Below, piece by piece: positions 1 to 12,331 of a DNA stretch of 64,000 bases. The stretch comes from Phyllosticta citribraziliensis. Taxonomy: Eukaryota. The notes beneath the pieces are model-generated. The model saw only the letters and a program-made list of their open reading frames with translations. It was not told the DNA's origin and ran no database searches. The DNA lies in the NCBI RefSeq assembly GCF_038025025.1, contig NW_027117339.1, positions 434,001 through 498,000 of the forward strand, given 5' to 3'. The stretch's first letter is position 1. Each line of letters begins with the position of its first letter. A program made the translations under genes and the position numbers.

Positions 1-1716
1 GTTGTAGCGTTTTGCGAGGCATGGGGTTGTAAGTTGTTGGTAATGTCATGGGGGTGCATTGGACGACTTTCTGTCCATACGATCGTTATGACCGACACTG
101 CTGCGATCTGTCCGTTCGCCGGCCTGTCTCTATTTCTTGTTGAATCTTGTAACCTTCCCTGTCCTTATACCATTCTGTCCATTTATTGTCAACTCTTCCG
201 TTTTCATGTCTCGATGCTGTCTGTGTACATGCACGCATTCTTACTCAGCGCTCCCTCGCAGTCCCACACCAAGTTCACAATTACGCCTATTTAGAACCAT
301 CGATTTGTGCAATCGAATATTCAAACAAGACAGTCAGACATCTCATCCACGATCTTTCCTCAGGTGCTCGTCCAGCGGATGGTTAGACATCTGATCCCTG
401 TCACCCTCTTAGCCAGCGAATGCCTGTCCAATCCTGCCTCGTCCATCCAAGCAATCGTTGCTTCCCAGCCACAGCAAAATCAACCTGGAGTGGACGAGAC
501 CGCGCCCATTGGGTGTGCAGACAGATGAATGGGTTCGGTACACGCATGGCCGGCTCGGTCTTCGGAGGGGATACACAGGTAAGGCGACAACAGCGACGAG
601 GCGGTGCCGTGGCTTGCTGTTGGTAACAAACGGATGGTAGGCATTGGTGCCAGCCACACACATTACTACCTGTCTTACTCTGCACGCAAGATGGGATTCA
701 GGCCGCCCTCTTCTTGCGCCTCGTCCTCGCGTCTGTCCCAGGGAGCGAGCGTACTGGCTGGCTAGAGCAGATCAGCTCCAGGCAGCAGCAGCAGCGGCAA
801 CGGCTCATTAGCAGCAGACCCTCATGTTCTTGCGGCCGCCGCGCGTGCCGACGCCCTGCCAGACGACTGAAATAGGTCTGCTGTGGAAAGAACAGGAAAG
901 GGCAAACAGGCAGAGGCAGATGGTCTAGACTTGCTGCGTGCGCAGACGGATTTGCGAGTGCGCTTCGAGCACATTGTAGCCACCGAAGCGTCGCTTGTGA
1001 AACAGGCGGGAGGGCGCCGGCAGCACCTGTTCAAGCGAAATATGGTGACTTGCATCTTCAGTTGCGCGGTGAAGTTTGCTGTCCATGTAGTCCCAAGCTA
1101 TGTTAAGGGTCGCGAACGCTATACTGGGAGATGGAGCAAGAGGTGGCGCTGTCGGATAGGGAGGTGACGAGGCTTCGAGAGCTGGCAGAAGAGCAAATGC
1201 GTAAATAGTCGCCAGAAAAACCGACGCCGTATACGTGGATCGAAACAGTGCCAATCACGGCGAAAGCGTGACCGAGCAAATGAGTGAGCAAAGTACGGAG
1301 ATTCTATCCATTTACTGTCCCCGCGTTAACTGAACCACTGCCAGGCAAACGAGCTGTTCATCCGATTGGGTGGTGCGTCATGTGTCAAGAAGCAGTATTG
1401 TGGCCGTTGTTGGAGCCGTACGAGCGATGATTGAAAATTGATGAGGCTTCGGTACTCGTGCGGACAACTCGGACTCGGATGTTTCGTCGCGCGAAGGTGG
1501 CATTTTGGGCTGTTGTCTTTGCCAAGCTCGTTGTTGCTCGTTGGGCGCTGGACGGAGGGCGGATAGGTACCCAGCGAGGAGCTGCTTGGCAGCCGCGGAC
1601 TTGGCCTAGATGTTGGGTGCAAACAACACTCTAGAAGGACAGGGGGCAGATGACTTGAAGAGAAAAAGTGGTGGTAGGAGAATTGCAGACATGAAGAGGT
1701 TGGATTGATCCTGACT

Positions 1717-2840
1717 CTACTTGCCCGGCTTGTCATCCCTCTCGACTCGAAAGTTCCTCATGGCCGTGTCGAGTTGCGACATGGCTCTAGCTGCCCGCTG
1801 CACCGCCGCAGGCAATACGTTCATCCAATCCATGAAGCACGCATACAAGGGGAAGCTCAGCTCGCCTCCTTCTCCCGCATCCACCATCTTCATAATCGCG
1901 TTGGCCACCTCGACGGGCTCCACGACGGGCCCGACAAAGTTGGACGGGGAGGCCATTGTCCCAAATAGGGGCGTAGCAAGCTGTCCCGGGGTGACGAGGA
2001 TGGTGCGAATGTTTTTGGCGCCGGGGTTAGGCGAATGTCTGAGCTCGCCTATGAGGGACGTGTGCATGGCGATGAGGCCGGCTTTGGCGGCTGCATAGTC
2101 GGAAAGCTGGGCGGCACCGATTTTCCCAAGAACGCTGGAGACGGTCACGATGGTTCCACCGGTGGAAGAAGACATCATCCCGGAGAGAAATTGGCGGATG
2201 ATGTAAAAGTGGGAGAGAAGGTTGACGCGAAAGTTGCGCTCGACGTCAGCGGGAGAGAGGTCCAATAGAGTTTTACCATTGACGACACCAGCATTGTTGA
2301 TGATGATGGTGGGTGTGCCCAGCTGGAGATTCTGGTCAGCATTGAGTTGCTTGGAAGAAACACGTCAAGACTTACGTCTCGCTTTATTTGGTCGGCGGCC
2401 TTTTCTACTTGAGCAGCATCTCCAACGTCGCAGTGGTAATAGTTGATGCCGCGAGCTTCGGCTTCTTTGATTGCAGCTACATCGAGAACAGCGACACTGG
2501 CACCTCGCAAGCCGTAAACTTCGGCAATCAACAGCCCGAGGCCGCCGGCGCCTCCGGTGATAACAATTACCTCGTCATTCAAATTGACTGGACGGGGTGG
2601 GCCATAGGCAAGACGTTTGTTGACGAGACTGAGAAGGTGGAAGACGGTGACCAAAGAAGCATACGCGACAGAGACGATGAAGGAAGTGAAATGGTAGGGG
2701 GTCCCCTGGGCTCGCAATGACAGTGGAACCACCCAAGCTACAAACGGGTGGAAGATGGTGTAGCTGGCTACGTATGCAAGAAGATCAATTGTGAGGTGAG
2801 CGTGCCATGGTTTGGATGCCGGGGGCGATGGAGGAGCCAT
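1717..2840 (-). CDS. Membrane-anchored short-chain dehydrogenase/reductase (TDA5/retinol-dehydrogenase-like SDR); exons 2840-2376, 2322-1717
   Basis: N-terminal hydrophobic helices, TGGAGGLG Rossmann motif, NNAG, YAAAK catalytic motif; GTAAGT..GCTGAC..CAG intron 2375-2323 joins the two ORF pieces in frame. Confidence 0.9.
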
Positions 2841-3251
2841 GAAGGCCGAGATAGAAGCGGTAGCCCTGGTCGAGTCAAGTGGTGGACGGCATTCCGTGGA
2901 GTGGTCTTCTCTCCGGTTGGATGAAGTGCCGTGGTGTTTGGTCGGCGGGAGCATCGGAGGAGCCGCAAAGGGAAGCAGCGGAAAAACACGCGGCCCGGGT
3001 CCGTTCTCCGGCGCGTGGTCGGGCGGTCGGTCGGGTGGGTGGTGACGGGAGCTGCGGTGGTGCATGGGCCGGCCGTCCGGGTTGCCATTCACGGATCATG
3101 CTCGCTCACTGCCTCTGCTCTGCCCGTCAACCAAGTCTTCTAACCACCACATTTCCCTCTTCTTCCTCCAAACTCCGCCCCGCGATCCTCACCACCTGCC
3201 CAGCGTCCTCCTTCAGTCTCCCAGTCGCTGCGACCTCTTTGTGACCTCACC

Positions 3252-4961
3252 ATGGCCCGGGCCCGCAGCATCTCTCCGTCCGGCGATATACCCTTTGGCC
3301 ATTCTGCTACCTCTCCTCCACCCTTGCCGCTTTCCAAGCGGGACAAGCGACGCAACATGCTTGCCGAAAAGCTGGCTGAAATGGCCGCTGGCTTTTCTGA
3401 AAATCGCGACCAGCACTACCGCGCCCAAATCCAAGCCGTCCAGACCGACATGGCTCTCATCATGCGCGCCGATCCGTACTTGAACAAGCCCTTGGACGAT
3501 AACGGGGAAGAGGTTGCCGAAGCCATCGCTGGTACCACTGGCGGACAAGCCGCCCAGTCGGGCTCAGCAACTGGCGACTACGTCGCTCAGGTTGGCAGGT
3601 TTTACTCCCAGTTCGTCAATGAAGTAAATGACGCTTTGGAGGCGCGCGATGTCTCCCTCACCATGCTTTCTGTACGTTGAAGCAAGCATTCGTTTGCGAT
3701 TCCAAAGCTTAACCTGCTGTCCCAGAACAAGTTTCACTCGAGTATGCGCGAGCTCGAGCACTCCCACCAATACAAAGTCAAACTGGCACAAGAAGAGCAC
3801 CGCCATTTGTCAAACACACTCCGCGAGCGATTGGTTGCAAGCATCAAACAACGGCAGGGCCGCTTGATGAAGGAAAAGGAACAGCTGGACATTGCCGACA
3901 GCAATGCTCTACTACTCCACCCAAATCAGTTCTGCATCCAGAACCCTGCCTCTCCTGGAGGCCCGACAATCAACCGCAAAACCAGACACACACGTCATAG
4001 AGTTGGAGACCAGGAGGACATGGTCGGATCTGCCATGGCCAACGAAAAGTCGCGCAAGCGTAAAGCGGCATTCGACGATGGTGACAACGGCTCGCCTGGT
4101 CCCTCTGGCCGTGGTGCCGATCTGGGATTTGCCTCTCCTTTCCGCGATGCGAGAGCAAAGACGATGCATACCCAGTTTGAAGCGCCTGCATACTCGATCG
4201 AACGTCTATTTACCGACAAGGAGTTGGCAATGAACATGAACACGGCCGCCATCGCGACGACCCACTTCTTCAACAAGCTCAGGGTGCAAGAGCAAAATGG
4301 CAACGGATCCACAAACGCGGCGAATGGGAACCATCATGGCTTGGATGGCACTGATGAGTCTGGCACAGCAACAGCCAATGAGGGAGAGAATGAGGCCGAG
4401 GACGACAATGCGACCCCAGCAGCACCGGAAATGGAGCGGACGCAGTCCTACCATGCAACTCGTGGGTCTACGCGCAACAATCCACTCGCAGACTTGGCCT
4501 TTGCGGCAGAAAGCAGAAGCGCTCTGGGTTTTGCCCAGCCAATCATACTTCCTGCGAGCGTAGGCACCAAAGCCAACGCATCCGCTCCCACTCCTCCCGG
4601 CCTGGCCAATGAAGAGGTCAACGCCGACTTTGCCATCATGGCCCGCCGCACAGACGGTCAAGACGAGCTGAACGACAAACTCCTTCAGACTGCGTGCGGG
4701 CCTTTACAGGCCAGAGAGTACGAGTACCAGCCGAGCAATCTCAGAGCCGATCCCAGTAACGGGCTCCACCTCGCCGCTCTGGCGCCTCACCTGGATCTCG
4801 GAAGCGTCTCCATGAGCGCTGCCAACAGCGTTGGAGGCCACAGCGATGCCGGCATGGGCGGTGTTCCGATGAGCCGGCATGGAAACGGCAGTTCCATAGG
4901 CGCTGTTGGTATGAGACGGACAGGGAGCGGCATGGGCCGGGGCAGAGGCCGGGGAGCATAA
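3252..4961 (+). CDS. SDS3: Sds3-like subunit of the Rpd3L/Sin3 histone deacetylase complex; exons 3252-3671, 3726-4961
   Basis: LSKRDKRR...F..NRDQHYRAQ...ADPY start, coiled coil, LLLHPNQF..NPASPGG..RKTR recognised as fungal Sds3-like; GTACGT..CAG intron 3672-3725 is in frame. Confidence 0.8.
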
Positions 4962-5796
4962 AACTGACGAGGATCTTTTCTGGTACCTTGTCTGTTCGGC
5001 GTTTGCACCTCGAGAGGCTCTCTTCATGATACCCAGCCGGTGGTTTCCTTGTGTGATTCGTTAGGAGTAAATAATTAGGCGCGGCACTGTAGCCATGTGG
5101 GTGGGTTGGGATGCATCGCATTGATCTTTTTTCCTTTTTTCCTAAGCTTCCCAATCCATGGGTCGTGCATACTGTTCCTCTGTTCTTATAATTTCAGTGG
5201 TACATTCAAAAGAGGGCACAGCTGTCGAGAAGTGGGCGCCCTTCCCTTACTCTGAGGTGTTCTGAGGTATCGATCTGGAGGCCGGCTTGGATAGTTCCGA
5301 GGCCAGGCAGGAGCATTTCTGGCTACAACCGTCTGCGTTCGGGTCTGCTTAAACAGCCACGATTCCTAATTTACTTCCTACTTTGACATCCCAATCGACC
5401 CCCACCCATCTTCTTACTCACTGAAGTCCACTGGCCCAGGCCGACTCTTCCATTCATCAACCTCAACCTCAACCTCGACCTGACGGGCTAACCCGTCTCA
5501 CCGACATTTTCTCCATTCTTTTCTCACTCTTACCACCGCGAACCCAACCACGCATACACACGAGGGAGCCAGCAAGGGATCGTAGCACAACAGAGGCATA
5601 CTGTCTACGCAAAGGAGCTCAGACGCCACATGATCTGACTGAGATCAAGTTATCTCGCCGCTCGATTGCAGCTCGCTCGCTGCATCTCTCTATTTTGCTT
5701 TTCCTTCAGGACTGCACTCGAATCCCCGGTCTATCTTTCACTTCTTCCTTCACGACCTCAGCTTTGCGCTTCGCGGGCCAGACATTCACGCCAAAG

Positions 5797-7261
5797 AGTA
5801 CGTTGAATGCCGTCGTTGAATGCCGTATACGTCATTCCATACATCAACTCTTCCCCTCACGCTACTCTCTCCATCTTCCTCGCCTCCAATATTAGTTCTC
5901 CCGATCCCGTACTCACTGACACACGCCAACAGTGCATCCACCGCCGCCGCCGCTCCCCCGCCAACCACCTCCCCCACCAGCCGCAACAACCATCTACACC
6001 AACTGCAGCATTGGCCGCGTCGAGAACCACAACCATCACTACGAATATCAGGACAACTACAGTCACCAATATAATTACATTTACAATTACCGAACCTTTT
6101 TGCCTCCGGCGCCTGAGCCTCTGGGCGGGTGGTATGGCGGCGCGTATGGTCCAGGAGAAGGTTACGGCGGAGAGCAAGGCGGCTACGGCCGTGACGAGGG
6201 ATACGCGGATGAGCAGGAGTTACGGCGTCGTGGTGGCGGGTATGTGTACGGTCAGGACTTTGATGACCCATGGGGTCCTGATGAAGATGAGCATGAGTAT
6301 GAGGGTCCGGGCCGTGATGAGGAAGAGGAAGAGGCGGAGGGAGACTCTGATGCCGATGACTTCGACGAGGAGGCAGAGGCTGTGAGTGCGGGAAAGCAGC
6401 AACAGCAGAAAGAGCCGGGATATGCACAGCAGCCGCCCCCTGGTCTTTATGCGCACGCTTATGCCGATGCTGATCGGGCGCGGGAGCAGTGGCGGAAGCT
6501 TCCACAGACGCAGGAGACGCAGCAGACGCAGCAGACGCAGCAGACGCAGCCTGAAAATGCTCGGCAGGAGCAGACTCAACAGGAGCAGACTCAACAGGAG
6601 CAGACTCAGCATGAAGAGACACAGCATGAGCAGACGCAGCCGAAACAACAGGACTCCATTCCACGCGCGGAGATCCAGCATCCACCCACCGGTGTCACTT
6701 CTGGCGATCGTGTCGACAGACAGGCACAGCAGAATGGCAAGGAGGGAGGGAAGAAGAACAATGTCATCAAGGTGAAGATGGAGCCGATTGACGATGACGA
6801 CAACAAGAAGGAGGACGCGACAGTGAAGCAGGTGGAGGAGGAGAAGAAGAAGAAGAATAAGGAAATCACGAAGAAGAGGAAGAGGTCCGAGAAAGACCTC
6901 ACGACAGAAGCCACAACGGAAAACGACCATACGAAGAAAGACCAAGAGACGACGACGCAGACAGGCGCAGGCCCCGTGGACGAAACTGACTGGCTCAAGC
7001 CCAAGCGATTCATGAAGGAGAAGATGGACAAGAGGGCCAGGGAGCTGCAAGAGCTGATCAAGGCGGACGAGGCCAGTAAGTCAAGTCCCAAGTTTTCTAA
7101 AAAGCACGTTTGCGGTGGCTGGACACTTTTGCTGATACGGGTATACAGAGGCGCCGGAGAAGAGGGCGTGTACCGCAGATCAGAGGGATTGTCTCAAGTC
7201 TTACATGGATGGGCTGCGCCAAACGGTAATGGATACACTGGAGCCGAGGCGTGAGGCGTGA
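5797..7261 (+). CDS. Hypothetical low-complexity protein (Pro-, Tyr/Gly-, acidic, Gln/Thr-repeat and Lys-rich blocks); main exon 5933-7075, last exon 7149-7261; start uncertain
   Basis: 440-codon open frame; intron 7076-7148 (GTAAGT..GCTGAT..CAG) leads to a protein-like tail KAPEKRACTADQRDCLKSYMDGLRQTVMDTLEPRREA*; no family recognised. Confidence 0.6.
6505..6640 (+). repeat. Coding minisatellites: 9-nt CAGACGCAG units (QTQ) and 15-nt CAGGAGCAGACTCAA-like units (QEQTQ)
   Basis: Tandem units directly visible. Confidence 0.85.
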
Positions 7262-7896
7262 AGCGTGATCACACCTATCATTAATCAAGCGCGAGGGTCT
7301 GACGGGGGAACAGGATAGGCGAAAGGAAAGTAAGGGAAAGCAGAACAGAGGGTGGGGTGAGAAAAGACAGAGGTGACAGACGACTGAAAGACGAATAGAG
7401 AAAAATTCACAGGGCGAAGGACGGAGATATAGGCAACAGGGGTAGGGCCAAGATAACTTACGAGCCCATCTACCACCAACATCACTGCCTCCAAATCTGA
7501 CTCCGCCACGCCAAAAACCTCTGACGCCTCACTGAACGGCATCGTGCCACTTCGCGTCGGTGTGGTGAAGAACAACCGAAATTCAATTGTTGAATGCCTC
7601 ATGCATTCGTCTATGGATTCCCATCCATCCCAGCCCGCTCTTTGCCTCTCCTTTTGTCTTTCTTGAAATGTAAATGTAGTCGAAAACAATGACAGCGCGC
7701 CTGGCTTGGACTGTTCATTGCCTGATGCTGGAAGAATGGACCAGCAAGCACCTGAGAGGCAAATCTGCCAGAAGTGATACACCGAACGCCGTCCATGTGC
7801 CGTCTCTTTTTCTCCTGAAACTAACAAGAAGAGCCTCATACCACTCTCTGATGCCCGTCTCTACCCGCTCCTGATAGCCTCCACACATTCTTGCGG

Positions 7897-8809
7897 TCAC
7901 CCACCCCACGACGGCTCCTTGTCGACGCTCTTCCAAAACAGCCTGCGCTCCTCAAACAGCTGCTCGGCCCACTCATTGATCTCGGGGAGGGTAATCTTGG
8001 TCGCAACCCACGTAAACTCGCCAACGTCGAGAGCGCCATTCTGGCTCTTCTCGTACTCCATCATCTGCAGCAGCAGCTCCATCTTGTCGATGTCATGGAC
8101 AAACTGCGCCTCGGGCGTCACATTGTCTTCGTATTCCTGCCAGACGGCGCGGATGTCAGCGACGGCGGAGGCCGGGGTGGAGGCAACGCTGCCCAGCAGG
8201 CGCGTGCACAGGTAGTCCATGGTGGCGGTCTCGCGGCGGCTCTTTTCCTCCTTGGAGATGGGGTCGACGGGCGTGATGTCGCCGACGAGGGCCTCGGCCA
8301 TGTCGTGCACGAGCGCCATCTTGGTGCAGCGTGGGATGTCGAGGCGCGCCGACAGCGTCGCTGGCGCCAGCATCGTCAGGATCGACATGCGGTACATGTG
8401 GTCCGAGATTGATTCGCCGTGGTTGATGCCGAAGCGCCGCCATCCTTCGCGCTTGGTTGTCTTGAGCCGCTCGAGGACGTGCATGAAGGGCAGCGGGGAC
8501 GCGCTGTCGGCCGCGGGCCGCGAGGGGAGTTGCGATAGCACTGCGGCGTGTCAGTGGGCGTTGGCTGTGGTGGGCGGGAATGTGGTGGGGTTGTGGTGTT
8601 GGGCAAGCAGAGGGAGGTCTGCCTACACGCCGTCGTCCGTTACCGCTGTCCAAACGTACCGGTTTCTGGAGACCAGGTTCCTTCTACATCTTGCTGCGAC
8701 ACGAGGCCGGAATCGGGCTCTAGGAAATGTGAGCGGCGCATGCTTCCTGCGCAAAGTGTGCAAACTCACTCGGCGAATTGTTGGTTTGGGGAGCATCGGG
8801 AGGGGCCAT
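7897..8809 (-). CDS. HD-domain 5'-deoxynucleotidase (HDDC2/Ygk1 family); exons 8809-8770, 8719-8660, 8540-7897
   Basis: LKTTKREGW, ESISDHMYRM, ALVHDMAEALVGDITP, FVHDIDKMELLLQ motifs; two canonical introns rebuild MAPPDAPQ...WSPETVLSQLP in frame. Confidence 0.92.
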
Positions 8810-9134
8810 GGCGGGCGATTGGCAGGGGAAAAAGAGGAATAGATTGAAAGCTGGCGGCGCGAAGCTCTCGCCTGGTGGAGGGTTGTGTAGTGGTTTGGTG
8901 AAAGAACGGCGACGCGTAGAGTCAGTCAGTCAGCCGCAAACAAGTGGTCGTGAGTGGCCCAGGGACCGCTTGCAGGGATACGCCTGGTCGGCATCGTCAT
9001 GCCGCAGCTACCCACAGACCCAGACAAGCTGTTGTGCCTGGTTCAGTTGCTCTTCGACACCTCACCTCACAATCCAACCACCGACGTCGCCTTGTGCATC
9101 CTGCGCGTCACTCAAGCTTGACATCTTTCTAGAC

Positions 9135-11511
9135 ATGGCGCCAGGCCTCGCGCCCGCCGCTGTGCGCCCTTCATCGCGTTCCGCCGCCAATCCCACCAGC
9201 TCTAGAGCTCAAGCGACCTCGAAACAGCCCTGCACCGTATGCCTGCGCCCGCTGTCCAGTCCCGAGCTGCTCGTCACCAACTTGCGCCTGCTGGACCTCG
9301 ATCTCCTGGACGATTGGCCGCAAATCACCGTGCAGAACTTTACCACCAAGGACGCGGCACAGAATCAGAGCAAGCGCATCAATTGCGTTGAGTGGGCGCT
9401 CTACCGCCTCTTTGAGATTTGGGATCGCCGATTGACCACCGAGGTATTTTTTGAGCAGATCTCGTCATTCTTGTATGTGTATGCTGAGAGAAGTACAGAA
9501 GCTGTCTCCATTCTTCCCGCCGCTCGAGCCGCTCCAGTCGCTCAACTTGCGCGCTGCCCTGTACCGCTGCCTCAACGAGCTCAAGAAAGATGGGGTGCTC
9601 GGAAAGGAGACCGTGCTTCGCAAGACCATGCTGGACGAGTGCAAGGGAGAAAAGTTCATGGAGATTCTCGTCGCCTTCTCCACGGCGGCTTTGCGAAAAG
9701 AGCTGTCGCGCACAGGTCCGCCAAACAAAGCTTCGTGGGCTTACCAGTACGCCACGGCATCACGGCTGCCCGCCGACTCCCAAATCTCGCTATTGCCATT
9801 GGCCATTGCGCATAAACAGGAGCTCATGAGGATACTCAAGGCAAAGGAGGATCACCAGAGAAGGTGCAAGGAATTCGGCAACTTGCTCCAGGCCAAAGCA
9901 TACGAGACCCTCGACCGCAACCAGCAATGCGGCGAGACGCTCGAATCGCTCGAGAACGCGGGGAAAGAGTTTGCTGCTCCCGAGACTAAGAAAATCTTAC
10001 AGGAAAACTGGTTGGGAAATCCAGAGTGGCTGGATATCATGGTGCATGGAGACCAACTCGAGGCCGACGACCCCCTCTTCCAAGCTCCGTTTGAAGAAAT
10101 TTGGGTCAAGGTGCAGCAGGGCGGAGAAATCGACGAGCCTACAGCGAGGCAGAAGAATCTTTTGCAAGATCTCGAAAGCAGGGTGAATGCGCAAGAGGAG
10201 CGTTTGTTGCGGTGGAAGTCTCTTCATGCAAAGGTGCTTAGCACAAGAGGAAAGGAGCCTTCGACGACCCCGAAGAAGAGTCAGTCCAAGGATCATGCGC
10301 CCATGTTTGCATTCGACGCCCACCAAGGACTCCAAATTGGCCAGCCTGTGCCCGAGCCGAGCGACGAAGACGATGCGTTTTCCCCGCCTCCCTCTGAAGT
10401 ATCCGGGGCGTATGGCTCTATTCTGGGAGACCTGCGGGATCGGCTCGCTCAGGTATCCAAACCCAAGCCCGTCCGGCGGGCGCCTCCGCGGTTGCCAGTG
10501 AATGCCAGACAGCAGTCAAACGTCCCCACCAAAGCGGCGTTGCAAAGCAGGTCGAGGAACCAACAACAGCCGAAGCTCCCAGAATCGGACGAAGATCCTA
10601 GTCCTTCAAGGTTCGAGAGAGCTGAGTCGCCAGACTGGGCTGCGCCGCTTGTAAAACCTAGATCGCAGTCGCGTTCAGAGGAGTCGAAGACTGTGAATGG
10701 TCCCAGTCGGCAGCTCTCATCTGGAGATGATGATTTCTACAAGCCATATATACGACAACAAGACTCACCTTCGCCGTCCGCTTCTCCTTCACGCGCCTTC
10801 CAACCGTCAACATCTCCTCCCTCGTTGTCTCCCATTGATCCCCATGACGCGCAGGTCGAGCAAATTCTCGGCCAAATGGCCAACGCCTCCCCCTCGCCCC
10901 TCAAAAATTATCCCCAGCAGTTTGATGCCCAACCGTCTCTTTCCGAGCGCACTCGCCTCACTATGGAATCCTACAGCCCTTCACCCGCTAAACGCAAACT
11001 CTCTTCAAGGACAAAGCCATCAAAGTCCAACACGGTTCCAACTGAAGAAGGGGAGGAAGATCCCCTCATCCTACGAACCCGACAAACCATGCTAGCCTTG
11101 GAAGCCAGCTTCCCCCAGGCGTCGCCTTCGCCTCCCACCTCCCGCAAGAACAGCGCCGTAAACGGCCACCGCAAGAGCATTTCGGTTGAAGCAAACACGT
11201 CGCGCCGCAAGTCGCGCTCGCGCGCAGGCTCCTTACTCCCCGTCAATCCGTGGGAAGACGAGCAGGAATCTCGCCGCAGAGTGTCGCCAATGTTCCAGGA
11301 ATGGGCTGCGGCGAGCGAGCAAACGACGCCTGGCGAAGAGCTTTTCAAAGATGGCATCGATGAGACGAGCGTCTTCAAAAGTCGCCCTAAGATTAAGGCG
11401 AGTCCGCTTATGGCGCCTGTGGGGGACGAGGGAGAAGACGTGGATGGTTTAGATGATGTTGAGGATGAAAATGGGCTGGAGAGCTCGCCTTCGGCGGGGA
11501 GGGGTAGATGA
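9135..11511 (+). CDS. Augmin/HAUS complex subunit 6 (HAUS6_N domain) protein; exons 9135-9443, 9499-11511
   Basis: NLRLLDLDLLDDWP...CVEWALYRLFEIWD...KLSPFFPPLEPLQSLNLRAALYRCLNELKK...LRKTMLDECKG; C-terminal SVFKSRPKI; intron 9444-9498 in frame. Confidence 0.85.
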
Positions 11512-12331
11512 AGCTGGGAAATTCCAGTCTCGCAGCAGGTAAGGCAGCGTTGAAAGTTTCTTTGAAGTCAACTTAATTCTTGACGGCAACACCTTCATCT
11601 TTTCCACTGCATTGATTGTCTCGTTCCCAGCACAGGTTTACGAGCGCTAGCTACGCATTTCCAAGTGTCGTGCAAAGCAAGTCAAGCTCGCTTGGTCGAT
11701 TCGATTCGGCAAAGCTCGCCGCCTGGGCGCGAGCTTGTCCTCAGTCCGCAACTAATCCAGTACTGCGGTCACTCCATTGTCAACTTTTTGTACTCTTGCT
11801 TCGTTACAATTGAATGCTTTGGTTATTCATTATCTCGCAATGAGAGCCAAGACATTTTCAGGTGTGTGGTTTCAGAGGCCGTCGCTCATGCCACATAGCC
11901 GGTGAAGGGCAGACGGCGGGAATGGAAACAGTTGGCCATTCGGGACGCAGTCCACCAAGCCAACAAACACAGCTGAGCCTCCTAGAATTTGGAATCGCGG
12001 GGAGCAGCCCGTCGCTGGTCTACTGACGGGGTCCACTTACCTGGACACAACCCAACTATGTCGGAAAGTGCGTCCAAGTGGTCTCTTCTTCGATCACTTC
12101 TCTCAGTCTCAAGAGCAAGGGCTATTATGGCATTCGGGGTCTATTATTCTCTTCATCCAGCCAGTCACGGAGGAAAGCCTTACTTTGGAATCAGTTGGCG
12201 GGGAAGACGCTCGACATTCTTTGGGGAAATCTGGCTCTGACTTTTGGAATGGATGCCCCCCTCTCAAAGTGTCGGGAGGGATTCCAGCGTCTGTGCTTCT
12301 TCTCGCCGCCCGCTCAAAGACTATATAGAAC

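Noticed and set aside
1..60. Possible start of a minus-strand gene running off the left edge
   Set aside because: Under 20 codons visible in either candidate frame; cannot be supported
925..1310. Minus-strand ORF with a signal-peptide-like hydrophobic start (925-1254)
   Set aside because: Starts at TTG; the upstream in-frame ATG is separated by a TGA; no convincing splice model or family motif
6220..7050. Leu-rich 276-aa minus-strand ORF resembling a membrane protein
   Set aside because: Antisense shadow of the CAG/GAG/AAG-rich plus-strand gene
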